64,000 nt of DNA, from contig OZ244160.1 in assembly GCA_965216325.1 (NCBI GenBank), positions 320,001 to 384,000 of the forward strand, in the 5' to 3' direction. Below, in pieces: positions 27,842-37,000 of the stretch. The notes under the pieces were generated by a model. It was not told the DNA's origin and did no database searches. It saw only the letters and a list, made by a program, of their open reading frames with translations. Source of the DNA: Coraliomargarita sp. (GTDB lineage Bacteria; Verrucomicrobiota; Verrucomicrobiia; Opitutales; Coraliomargaritaceae). The translations under genes were made by a program, and so were the position numbers. Position 1 is the stretch's first letter. Every line of letters starts with the position of its first letter.

Positions 27842-28996
27842 GTGCGCCCGGCAGGGCGCACTTACTCGACAGTGATTATTAATGGAAATTGATGAAAGTC
27901 TGTTACTCGCCCGGCAAGGGGAAGAGTTAGCCGAAGGGCAACTGCGGCATCGCGAGGTGTTCGTGGGAAGGAAGCCTATGGCAAAGCACTGGCCTGACGA
28001 ACAGGAATCGCATAAGAGGCGTTTGCGTTGGATGAGGAGGCACAGAACTTCAAAGTCCGAAACTTGCCCGGAAAGCGCAGGCGTATATGCGGCAGGCATA
28101 AGTGTGACGGTAAGTGCGCATTACCCGGGGAGGTCTCTGAACATGCTACTGGCTACCAGTGTCGCGAGGCACTGGGATGTGTTTAGAGAAGTCAGCCGAG
28201 ATCATAGTAGCCTGCACAGGTCGCGGGCGAAGGATCGAACCGAAGAACGACAACAAGGACTGAGACCATGAGCGAGAGCAGGGAAGCAGAAGCTGGCGGC
28301 ACCACCCGTCAGACCCGCGTGGAAGGAACCGGACGGCATCTGGGGCGAGTCCATGCGGGCGCATCAAGCGCGCCATCGGCCTTGGAGACCAAACTGAAGC
28401 TGAAGGTCAACCACCTCAAAAGCGCGGTGGATCGTCCGAGCCGCCGGATCTTCCTCGGCTACAGCTTCACTGGGGGCAAGCATAGCCGCATTCGCGTGCC
28501 CAAACAGACGACTCAAAAGATGAAGTCCAAGCTGCGGAAACTCTGCCGCAAAGGGCGCGGGCGCAACCTGCGCCGCTTCATCGCTGAGACGCTCAATCCA
28601 GTGCTACGCGGCTGGACGAACTACTTCCGCCTGAGTCAGACGAAAACCTTCGCCGGGGAACTGGACGAATGGTTGCGACATCGCTTGCGGTGCATCCTCT
28701 GGCGACAGTGGAAACGTCCCCACACCCGCTACAGGAAGCTGGTGCAGCTTGGGCTCAGCCCCGAATGTGCCCGCAAAAGCAGCTACAACGGACGCGGGGC
28801 GTGGTTTAACAGCGGAGCCTCTCACATGAACCAAGCCCTCCCACGCAAAGCCTTCACGCAAATGAAGCTCCTATCTGTCTATGATTTGCTCGAATTGATG
28901 AGAGCCGAAATCCTTCTTCGGAACCGCCGTGATACGTGAACCGTACGTCCGGTGGTGTGAGAGCTTGGAGCGGGCAACCGCTCCCGGCTACTCGAT
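27842..28996 (+). mobile_element. Group IIC intron with an internally deleted intron-encoded protein
   Basis: 5' GTGCGCCCGGC; cattacccggggagg and agaagtcagccgag motifs; domain V gaaccgccgtgatacg...cgtacgtccggtggtgt; domain VI ending ctcgAT; sits right after a terminator. Confidence 0.92.
28268..28939 (+). CDS. Maturase-only (RT7 plus X/thumb) intron-encoded protein; no YADD
   Basis: LKLKVNHLKS, FLGYSF, LNPVLRGWTNYF, LDEWLRHRLRCILWRQWK; no RT0-RT5 motifs. Confidence 0.85.
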   Translation: MSESREAEAGGTTRQTRVEGTGRHLGRVHAGASSAPSALETKLKLKVNHLKSAVDRPSRRIFLGYSFTGGKHSRIRVPKQTTQKMKSKLRKLCRKGRGRNLRRFIAETLNPVLRGWTNYFRLSQTKTFAGELDEWLRHRLRCILWRQWKRPHTRYRKLVQLGLSPECARKSSYNGRGAWFNSGASHMNQALPRKAFTQMKLLSVYDLLELMRAEILLRNRRDT

Positions 28997-29034
28997 ATCT
29001 GCGTTTCTGCAGATGCTAGTTGCCGATAGCAAAA

Positions 29035-29101
29035 TGGAGGGCAACCCTCCGTCCTTGCCATAACCTAGTGGTTGGCGGCAACGACGGAGCATTGCCCTCC
29101 A
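29035..29101. repeat. REP-like inverted dimer, copy 2
   Basis: tggagggcaaccctccgtccttgcc ... ggcaacgacggagcattgccctcca. Confidence 0.75.
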
Positions 29102-29132
29102 TCTAAACCAAATTTCCTCTCGCGCTTAGAGC

Positions 29133-30809
29133 CTATCCGCCGATCAGCCCCATGGTTTTGAGGAGGCTGGAAGTGTAGGGGATCAGCTGTTTCTTGCGGC
29201 TGACGATGCCCGGCATCTCATAGATGTGTTCGTAGGTCTTCTGTGGGTAGTTGATTTGGCTCTTTAGGTCCTCATTGCCAGCAACCACGAGTAAGGAGTC
29301 CTGGGTATTGATGTCGGTCACCAGTAGGAAGCTGAACAGGAGTTCTTCTTGATCGCGATAGCTCTCTAAGGCTGCGCTCAGTGCATCTTGATTGCTCCAG
29401 AAATTGTTGAAGCCCAGTTCTTCGATCTGAGCGACGGAATAACTAATGTCTCCATCCTCACGATAGATTTTACAGTCTGAAGTGACGACCTGTTCCGGCG
29501 GAAGGTTTACAATCACCGAGCCCGAAGAGAAGATCAGTTCTGCAAGCGCTTCTGCCTTGATGCCGGCGATCGGGGCCAGCCAGTCAAGCAGTTCGCCCTC
29601 AAGTGGCGTGGTCGTCGGGCTGTTCAGTAGAAGCGTGTCAGAAATGATTCCGGCCATCAGCACGCCCGCAATGCCTGGCTCAGGTGTCAGGCTTTGTGCG
29701 CGGAACAGGTCTGCGACAATCGAGCAGGTGGAGCCTACAGGGCGGTTGATAAACAGAATTGGCTGTTCACTGGGGATATTGCCCAAGCGGTGGTGGTCGA
29801 GGATCTCAGTAATTTGCACTTCATCTGCACCTGTGACTGCTTGTCCCAGTTCGTTGTGGTCGACGAGTGCGATACGTGTTGTGCTTGGGCGTAGGATGTC
29901 ACTCTTCGAGAAAACACCGAGCAATTCACGGTTATCATTGACCACCATGTAGAGGGGGTCGTTAAGGTGCGCTATTCGGCTTTTGACAGAACTGATCCGA
30001 TCTTCCGGAGTGAAGCATTTCACATCGGGATCGATTAGGCGTTCAATGTGAGTGGCGGTGCGGATGATCCAAGACGTAGTTGCCGAATCAAACGGGCTGA
30101 CAATTAAAGAGACGCCTTGCTTCTTCGCGCGCTCGACCACTTCGGGTTCGACGTCGAGGGCGCCGGTGATCACCAGTAGGCGCACGCCCAATTGTAAACA
30201 GCGTTCTTGGATGTCCCAGCGATCTCCAACAATGATGATGCTTTGCTTCGCGGAGGTGCCTTCTTCCTTGTGATGTTGACCAAAGGAGCGAATATCCATC
30301 GCACCAATTCGCACATAGAGTTCCTCTAGAGAGTCCTCGTTCACCAAGTTGAGCACTTTGGCATTCAGCGAGCGAATGATCGCGGAAACCGTTGTGTGCA
30401 CGCGGCGCATGTCACGCGGGGCACGTGGTTTGGGAATGAAGGATTCACCAAGGTCGAAAATGGAAATGGTGCCCTCGAGCTTATTCTTGTCGTCGACTAC
30501 AGGTAGGGCACGCACATCATATTCGTCGATGAGTTCAAGTGCTTCGGCACAGGTATTCGCTTTGGTTACGGTTTGCACGGTGCGCGTCATGATGTCCTCG
30601 ATTCGAGGCGTTACGTCACCAATAAACTTTGGTAGCGGGAGATCAAAGCGTTCTAATATTGCATCCACCCGTGCATTTGAGTTGCCGCAACGGGCTGCGA
30701 CGTAATGTGTTTCACCTATGGCGTGCTTGTAGGCTTCGTAAGCGATTGCAGAGCAGATGGCATCTGCGTCTGGGTTCTTGTGGCCTAGGATATAGATCGG
30801 GTCTGGCAT
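29133..30809 (-). CDS. Mn-dependent (family II) inorganic pyrophosphatase with CBS-DRTGG-CBS insert
   Basis: GHKNPDADAICSA, LVDHNE, ILDHH, SDTLL, IIIVGDR, SRKKQ. Confidence 0.93.
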   Translation of the reverse strand: MPDPIYILGHKNPDADAICSAIAYEAYKHAIGETHYVAARCGNSNARVDAILERFDLPLPKFIGDVTPRIEDIMTRTVQTVTKANTCAEALELIDEYDVRALPVVDDKNKLEGTISIFDLGESFIPKPRAPRDMRRVHTTVSAIIRSLNAKVLNLVNEDSLEELYVRIGAMDIRSFGQHHKEEGTSAKQSIIIVGDRWDIQERCLQLGVRLLVITGALDVEPEVVERAKKQGVSLIVSPFDSATTSWIIRTATHIERLIDPDVKCFTPEDRISSVKSRIAHLNDPLYMVVNDNRELLGVFSKSDILRPSTTRIALVDHNELGQAVTGADEVQITEILDHHRLGNIPSEQPILFINRPVGSTCSIVADLFRAQSLTPEPGIAGVLMAGIISDTLLLNSPTTTPLEGELLDWLAPIAGIKAEALAELIFSSGSVIVNLPPEQVVTSDCKIYREDGDISYSVAQIEELGFNNFWSNQDALSAALESYRDQEELLFSFLLVTDINTQDSLLVVAGNEDLKSQINYPQKTYEHIYEMPGIVSRKKQLIPYTSSLLKTMGLIGG

Positions 30810-30905
30810 GGTGACGATTAGCGATATAGAAAAGGGAACCCTAGCTAACGCAGAATTCCGCAGACCTTCAAAGGTTATTTTATCGTGAAATCCACAAAAA
30901 GGCAC

Positions 30906-30935
30906 AAAAAAGCCGACTACATCAGTAGTCGGCTT
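30906..30935 (-). terminator. Intrinsic terminator
   Basis: aagccgactac/gtagtcggctt with an A run. Confidence 0.8.
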
Positions 30936-30960
30936 GGCTTATGTAAATTTGAAGCTGCTA

Positions 30961-31683
30961 CTAATTACTCGCAGTTGGAGCGAGCTTGATATTCGCAGAG
31001 TCGTGAATCTTGGTGATGTCGTCGGTCAGCAGTCCATTACTTGGATCAACGAGTTGGCCATCATCGCCTTTCAAGTCGTTGTAAAATGAGACGTGACCAT
31101 CAAGGAATGCAATGTGGCCGCCGCGCCCCCAAGGGGTCGTTTTGCCCCATACGCCAACTGCACCTTCGCTGAGGCCACGTGTCCATGTGAGTGGGGTGGT
31201 TGATGCTGGATCATTGCCGCCTGCCGCAAGTGCAAAGTCATAGCCTACTGGAGCATCTGACGACCAGTCAGGAGATGTCTGGAATGCGTTATCGGCGTCT
31301 CTGTATCCAATTACCTCGGGGATGGTCTTGCCTTCGTTCTCGTAGTCGGTGACTAGCGGGTCTGTTCCAATGAGCCAAATAGACGCATCGGTAAGGTCGA
31401 CCTTATCTGCGAGGAACTCGGCAACACCCTGAACGCTATCTGTATAGCCTGCGTTGGTTAGCTTTGTAGATGTGAGCACCTTTACTTTACCACCAGACGT
31501 TGAGTAAGTCGCATAAGAGACAGCAATCGAACGAATGTTCGCAGAGGACTTCATCTTGTTGGCCACTTCTCGGACCTTGCCAACAGCAGGAATAAGGATC
31601 GCGGCAAGGATGCCGATGATCGCAATAACAGTCAGTAGTTCAATGAGGGTGAAACCCGCACGTGAGGCTTTTTTGATACGCAT
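30961..31683 (-). CDS. Prepilin-type N-methylation domain protein with an H-X9-DG-type C-terminal motif
   Basis: GFTLIELLTVIAIIGILAAILIP; GHIAFLDGHV. Confidence 0.9.
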   Translation of the reverse strand: MRIKKASRAGFTLIELLTVIAIIGILAAILIPAVGKVREVANKMKSSANIRSIAVSYATYSTSGGKVKVLTSTKLTNAGYTDSVQGVAEFLADKVDLTDASIWLIGTDPLVTDYENEGKTIPEVIGYRDADNAFQTSPDWSSDAPVGYDFALAAGGNDPASTTPLTWTRGLSEGAVGVWGKTTPWGRGGHIAFLDGHVSFYNDLKGDDGQLVDPSNGLLTDDITKIHDSANIKLAPTASN

Positions 31684-31914
31684 AATAGTATGTATGAATA
31701 AATGGGGTTGAGACTTTACGGCTCCTTCCTAGAGCCCGCATAACACAACGATAGTTATGCGGGGACAGAAGTTAAGTCCATAATTTTGTTGGCTAATTTT
31801 GGCTGTGGTGGGCCTACTGGACCTACTTAGGCGCTTTTTAAATTTTTGCATAAAATTTCAGATCAAGAGTTGACAGTACCAAAAATTTTGATGTTCTCCG
31901 TGCTTTCTTGGTTA

Positions 31915-31992
<78 letters not shown>

Positions 31993-31994
31993 AT

Positions 31995-32025
31995 AAAAGC
32001 CTTCACGCAAGTGGGGGCTTTTTTT
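31995..32025 (+). terminator. Intrinsic terminator after tRNA-Pro
   Basis: aaaagccttcac-gcaa-gtgggggc followed by a T run. Confidence 0.75.
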
Positions 32026-32109
32026 GTCGCTGGGAGTCAGAGATGAGTTCCGAGCGTAGCGACATGACCGGGCCGCTGCTAGGAACCGGACCAGCTGCGA
32101 AGCAGATTA

Positions 32110-32198
32110 CGTATCGCCATTCCGATTGCTACCGATGGGGATACTTTTGCATTATAAGAGAAATAGAAACGGTTCGTGATGCCATCCCCGTAGGCCGA
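32110..32198 (+). repeat. 89-bp imperfect direct repeat, left copy
   Basis: Ungapped match to 33301-33389, about 70/89 identical by hand count. Confidence 0.85.
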
Positions 32199-32300
32199 TT
32201 TCCATCAGTAAGCCCAGCCAACCATGGCTGGGCTTACTTGTATCTGATTTCCAAATATTGCACCTCGACAAAACCGTAAAGTAATGCTTTATGGTTATCT

Positions 32301-33287
32301 GTGGATTTAGACGGAGTATCAAAAAAGAAGGAGCGGCTGGATGTTTATCGCCCTCTGCCGCCTGAACTTGTGCGTAATCTTGAGGAGTGGTTCTTAGTTG
32401 AGCTGACTTATACGAGTAATGCGCTTGAAGGGAATACCTTGTCACGTAAAGAGACAGCGGCAGTTGTGGAGAAGGGGCTTACTGTTGGTGGCAAGACCTT
32501 GGTTGAGCATCTTGAAGCAACGAATCACGCCAAAGCTTTGAAGGATGTGCTCCGTTTGTCACAAACCCCAACTGGCGAACTTAGATTGGTAGATGTGCTA
32601 CAGATTCATGAAACGGTTCTACGTGGGATTGATGATGACAATGCGGGGCATTTTCGAACGATTCCTGTTCGTATCTCGGGTTCCCCGGTGATTCTCCCAA
32701 ATCCTGTGAAAGTGCCAAATATGATGGAGGCGTTCATCGAATGGGTGGTCACGAGCACGCATCTACATCCTGTAGAATTGGCTGCGGAGGCGCACTATCA
32801 GTTGGTGACGATTCATCCATTTGTGGATGGAAATGGGCGGACCGCTCGACTGTTGATGAATTTGATCCTGATGCAGAATGGCTATCCACCAGCGATCATC
32901 CGAACGCGAGACCGATTGAAGTATATCGGCGGTTTGGAAAAGGCGCAGCTAGGTGGCCCCAAGGGCGACTACAACAAAGTGATTGGAGATGCTGTTGATC
33001 GATCACTAGACATCTACCTAAAGGCTGCTGGAGGGGAAGTCGCTGATACAGATTCGGGTCGAGCGCCGGACTTGCTCCGTATAGGCCAATTGGCTCGTGA
33101 GACTGGGGAGAGCAATGCGACAATTCGCTACTGGACGAAGGAAGGCCTTTTGAATGTGGCCGATACAACGGATTCCGGTTATCAGCTTTATCACCCAGGA
33201 ATGATTCAGCGTGCTGCGAAGATTCGTGAGCTTCAGGGACAACGATTCACTCTAAGTGAAATTAAAGGCCAACTTGATAAAGAATAG
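32301..33287 (+). CDS. Fic-domain protein (class II) with C-terminal MerR-type HTH
   Basis: TSNALEGN inhibitory motif, HPFVDGNGRTAR active motif, LRIGQLARETGESNATIRYWTKEGLL HTH. Confidence 0.92.
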   Translation: MDLDGVSKKKERLDVYRPLPPELVRNLEEWFLVELTYTSNALEGNTLSRKETAAVVEKGLTVGGKTLVEHLEATNHAKALKDVLRLSQTPTGELRLVDVLQIHETVLRGIDDDNAGHFRTIPVRISGSPVILPNPVKVPNMMEAFIEWVVTSTHLHPVELAAEAHYQLVTIHPFVDGNGRTARLLMNLILMQNGYPPAIIRTRDRLKYIGGLEKAQLGGPKGDYNKVIGDAVDRSLDIYLKAAGGEVADTDSGRAPDLLRIGQLARETGESNATIRYWTKEGLLNVADTTDSGYQLYHPGMIQRAAKIRELQGQRFTLSEIKGQLDKE

Positions 33288-33300
33288 ATTCTTCTAATTT

Positions 33301-33389
33301 CGTATCGCTATCCCCATTGCTACCATTGGGGATGCAAGGTCATTTTTAGAAAATTAGAATCGGTTCGCAATGCCATCCCTGTAGGCCGA
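33301..33389 (+). repeat. 89-bp imperfect direct repeat, right copy
   Basis: Matches 32110-32198; contains an atcccca/tggggat hairpin. Confidence 0.85.
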
Positions 33390-33403
33390 CCACCGAGAAA
33401 CTA

Positions 33404-33439
33404 CCTAAGCTTCTCATTTAGAGCAGCTTAGGGATTTTT
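33404..33439 (+). terminator. Terminator-like hairpin
   Basis: cctaagct...agcttagg followed by Ts. Confidence 0.5.
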
Positions 33440-33590
33440 ATGCCTAGATTTCTCGGTTCACAATGTCGCACAATGGGCTGTTTTGAGCCAATACTGTGTA
33501 GATTTAGCTACACAACTTTATGCTGCTATTTCTTGGTTCTCGTCTTGTTCGATCCATTTGAAGAGCGAATCGCGTCTTATGAGGACACGC

Positions 33591-33785
33591 TTACCTTTCC
33601 TCAGGGTAGGCTGCGGGGGTATAGAAGTGAAACTTCGCATTTAGATAGATGGTTTGGTTCGCTGGATTTTCGGGTAAGGTTTTTACTGAAAGGTCGCCTA
33701 TAGTTTCGGAGGCAGAGGTTGGCTGCTGAGCATTTACGTGCAGCAACAATTGCGTAAAACAGATAAATAGGAAATGCGTCTTCAT
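33591..33785 (-). pseudogene. Truncated secreted-protein 5' remnant
   Basis: MKTHFLFICFTQLLLHVNAQQ signal peptide, then an early stop at the island edge. Confidence 0.4.
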
Positions 33786-33825
33786 TACGGTCTGTATCAG
33801 TGACGATCTGTGGGCGAATGTCTGT

Positions 33826-35688
33826 TTAGTCTTGTCCATGCTTAAGATATTCCATCCGCCAGAGGGCAAAGTTGCCCTTGCGTGGTCCCTTTGCCCACGC
33901 GGTTTTTTTCAATGGTTCAGCATTAATCGTGAAACCTTTGGTATCCTGCAGGAGGACTGCAGTGTTGAGGATCAGGTTCGCTCTGCCAGAGTCTGTCTCG
34001 GCTTGGAGGGCTTCCATTAATACCGGACGTGGATCCGCTTGTTCGTTGAGTGCAAGGAACTCGGCGGCTCGAGTGCGCACTAGTGAGTCCTCATTCTCGT
34101 TCTGGGCAATGCTGGCTGCCTGTTCGTAGAAGGGAGCTGCTTGACTGCCGAAATTGCTGCAAGTGATCAAGCCCCAGTAGCGCTGCATCGAGTCGTCGGA
34201 ATTGAGCGCAGCTTGAATCGACGACTTGGCTTCGGGGAAGGGCTGCAGACTAAGGTTGGCGATGCGAAGTAGCTCACCGATTCGGTCATGATTTGCCGCA
34301 CCATATGCAGTTGGATTGCTACCGCCTTCCTTCAATAGAATCGGTTCAGGAATAAAGCTTAGGTCGGGCATGGATTGTAGACGTTCATTGAGTCGTCTGC
34401 GCAGCTCGAGTAGCTTATTCGTATAGGCAGGATCGTTGGCGAGGTTGACGAGTTCGTGTGGGTCGTTCTTGAGGTCGTAGAGTGCCTCGGGCAGACGAGG
34501 CTGGAAGAACTGACTTTGTGCTTCGTTGAGCTCACCTGCTTCAAACAGTTCACGCCATTCCTGATACGCTAGCATCTTGTAGCGATAGTTGTTTTGCAGC
34601 CCATCGATGTTAAAGGGCTGGAAGTTACGCATGTATTTAAACTGACCTTTGCGCAGTGTGCGCACGAAGTCATACTTTTCGTCGAAACGGTCGGCATAGC
34701 CGAACGCTTCGTCGCGACTGTTGAGCTCATCGAGTGTGACTCCCTTACCCAGGAAGGCGGTGCCATCAATTGCTTCAGGGATTTCAGCATTGGCCAAGTT
34801 GAGCACGGTCGCAGCGAGGTCGACAAATTCAACAAAGCCATCAATACGGCTGCCTGCGGGGGCGGGCGACAGGTGCTGCCACTTTTCAGGAATATATACC
34901 ACCATCGGCACACGTAGACCGCTTTCATAGATGTAACCTTTGCCACGTGGAAGAACGCCACCATGGTCGCCGTAGTAGAAGATGATTGTGTCGTCCATCA
35001 GACCTTCTGCTTCGAGTTCAGCAACAACTGCGCTCATTTCTTGGTCCACTTTACTATGTAGGCCCAAATAGCGCGCGTAGCTGTAACGGAAGGTCTCGCT
35101 GTCGGGGTGGTAGGGGAAAACTTTGATGTCGTCAGGATTGATGTCTGTCGACGTGTTCATGTTGCCGAAATGCATTCGGCTCTCATGGGTGGTTGCAAAA
35201 TTCTTGACGTGGAAGAACGGCTGTCCTGGAGCACGGTCCTTGTAGGAAAACTTTCGGTTGGTGCTATCCCATGCGTCCTTAATGGTTTCCGGGTTAAAGT
35301 TGTAATCCATTTTACCCGGGTTGGTGGTATAATAGCCTGCTTGGCGCAAATAGTAGGGGAACAGCTTCAGGCCTTCCGGCATCGGAACGGTTTGTTGCTT
35401 ACGATGATAATGGGCACCGACCCGAGGGCCATAGCATCCTGAGATGATGGTGCTGCGGGCGGTTGAGCAGACAGGAGCACAGGAGAATGCGTTGTTGAAG
35501 ACGAGGCCTCCCGCAGCGAGGCGTTCGACTGTTGGCATGGCTGCGCCTTGTTCCGGATTATAGAGACGAAGCCAGTCGGCGGAGTTGTCTTCGGTGACGA
35601 GCCACACGATATTGGGTCTGTCTTGTTCAGCGTGAGTGCAGAGCGTTGCGACTAGGTAACTGACAATGAATAGTAAGGTTGTCTTCAT
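33826..35688 (-). CDS. Formylglycine-dependent sulfatase with a C-terminal HEAT-like region
   Basis: Signal peptide, PNIVWLVTED, CSTAR, YGDHG, LYDLKNDPHE. Confidence 0.93.
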   Translation of the reverse strand: MKTTLLFIVSYLVATLCTHAEQDRPNIVWLVTEDNSADWLRLYNPEQGAAMPTVERLAAGGLVFNNAFSCAPVCSTARSTIISGCYGPRVGAHYHRKQQTVPMPEGLKLFPYYLRQAGYYTTNPGKMDYNFNPETIKDAWDSTNRKFSYKDRAPGQPFFHVKNFATTHESRMHFGNMNTSTDINPDDIKVFPYHPDSETFRYSYARYLGLHSKVDQEMSAVVAELEAEGLMDDTIIFYYGDHGGVLPRGKGYIYESGLRVPMVVYIPEKWQHLSPAPAGSRIDGFVEFVDLAATVLNLANAEIPEAIDGTAFLGKGVTLDELNSRDEAFGYADRFDEKYDFVRTLRKGQFKYMRNFQPFNIDGLQNNYRYKMLAYQEWRELFEAGELNEAQSQFFQPRLPEALYDLKNDPHELVNLANDPAYTNKLLELRRRLNERLQSMPDLSFIPEPILLKEGGSNPTAYGAANHDRIGELLRIANLSLQPFPEAKSSIQAALNSDDSMQRYWGLITCSNFGSQAAPFYEQAASIAQNENEDSLVRTRAAEFLALNEQADPRPVLMEALQAETDSGRANLILNTAVLLQDTKGFTINAEPLKKTAWAKGPRKGNFALWRMEYLKHGQD

Positions 35689-35692
35689 CAAT

Positions 35693-35915
35693 CTATTGGT
35701 GATTAAAGCGGAGAGGATACAGCGATTCGGCGGTTTGACGGATGGCAGCCACCATTTCAACATAAGGCGTGTCGCACACATCGACCAGCCCGACTTGGAA
35801 GTTTTCTCCGTCTCCGCGGCCAGTGTAGGCCTGCTCGCGGAAAGTTAACCAATGTGCGCCGACAATGTTGTCGCGCTTCATGGATTCGCGCATGTAGAAC
35901 GTGTAGGAGGCAACT
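35693..35915 (-). pseudogene. C-terminal remnant of a GH50 (beta-agarase-like) glycoside hydrolase
   Basis: IVGAHW..F.EQAYTGRGDGENFQVGLVDVCDTPY matches the GH50 C-terminal motif. Confidence 0.75.
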
Positions 35916-36145
35916 CTGCCGACAAACACTGCAAAAAGCGACAGAATCGACCTGAAGCCTGAAAAGCAAGTGCTCCGGGCTGATTAAATCATACGATTCA
36001 AGGCTGTAGCCTTTCCAAAACAGAGCGCATAGATCAAAGTCCATTCATTGAAGCGGGGTTGGTGTGGTAGGTTTTGTGTGAGAACTTTACCTATAACACC
36101 TTCTCCGCTTCTTTGCATACATCCCCCAGAAATCGGCGATGAACC
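35916..36145 (-). mobile_element. ISL3-family left end plus the first ~42 transposase codons
   Basis: GG-starting end (ggttcatcgccgatt) abuts the ThuA-like stop; MDFDLCALFWKGY...FCSVCRQ resembles the ISL3 N-terminus and CxxC. Confidence 0.6.
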
Positions 36146-36955
36146 TTATTTTTTGTATCCGGGGCTTATCTGGCCATCTTTATCCAGCTTGTCCGCGGCC
36201 CAAAGAACACCTAGGGCTATCATTTTTTTGTAGACATCTTGTTCCATAGTTGAGGTGTCATGACCTAGTGTTGTACCAAACATTTTAATCCCCAAATTAG
36301 TGTGAGAAAAAATACATTCCTCGGTATATTTATCGCCCTGCAGAGTGGTTCCAGTTGCCAGAGATTGAGTCGTTTCTTTCAGAGTTGTTTCGTAGAGTTC
36401 GCCTTTTTCTGATTGCCAGCCATCGGAGCCGAGAGCCTTCATGACCGGGTGAGTTTTGTCCGTAACTTCAATTTTAAGCGGGGAAGGGTGGTGGTGACGA
36501 ACGCTGTTAAGACCGCAGATTCTATCCCATGCTTCACGTTTTGTTTTAAACCAAGTATGGAAAGAACCATGAGTCATGATCACACCGACTTTGTTTTTGA
36601 TATGATTATCGATCACTTTATCAATGGCGTCATCATCCTTAAAGAAGACTTGGCAGTGATTGTGAAGAACCACATCATAACCTTTGCAGAAGTCACCCTT
36701 GAAAACTTCCGGAAGTTTGTCTTCAGTGGGGGCAACTGGATGCTCTTTGGTAGATGTCCACTTTATGGTAACTTCAGCATTAATCTGACTTTCGATAGCC
36801 TCTTTTAATACAGGGGCTTGTTCTTCATAATCATGCCATCCACCACCAGTGATCATTAAGACTTTTATGGGATTAACTTCAGTGCTTGCACAGGCGAGAC
36901 TGGTACAAAGTATGATTAGCAATGTTGTTATTTTTTTCATTTTTTTTGTGGTCAT
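36146..36955 (-). CDS. ThuA-like (class I glutamine amidotransferase-like) secreted protein
   Basis: Signal peptide, KVLMITGGGWHDY, HPVMK, GELY, TTLGH, GVLWAA. Confidence 0.85.
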   Translation of the reverse strand: MTTKKMKKITTLLIILCTSLACASTEVNPIKVLMITGGGWHDYEEQAPVLKEAIESQINAEVTIKWTSTKEHPVAPTEDKLPEVFKGDFCKGYDVVLHNHCQVFFKDDDAIDKVIDNHIKNKVGVIMTHGSFHTWFKTKREAWDRICGLNSVRHHHPSPLKIEVTDKTHPVMKALGSDGWQSEKGELYETTLKETTQSLATGTTLQGDKYTEECIFSHTNLGIKMFGTTLGHDTSTMEQDVYKKMIALGVLWAADKLDKDGQISPGYKK

Positions 36956-37000
36956 GGCATTCCTCCTTATAACGTTTTAATGTTTATACTTTGAAGCTGC

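Noticed and set aside
27882..28271. 129-aa ORF upstream of the maturase
   Set aside because: It overlaps structured intron domains I-III and has no recognisable protein motif
28268..28939. Retron or defence-type reverse transcriptase
   Set aside because: No catalytic YADD; the ORF lies within clear group II intron RNA ends
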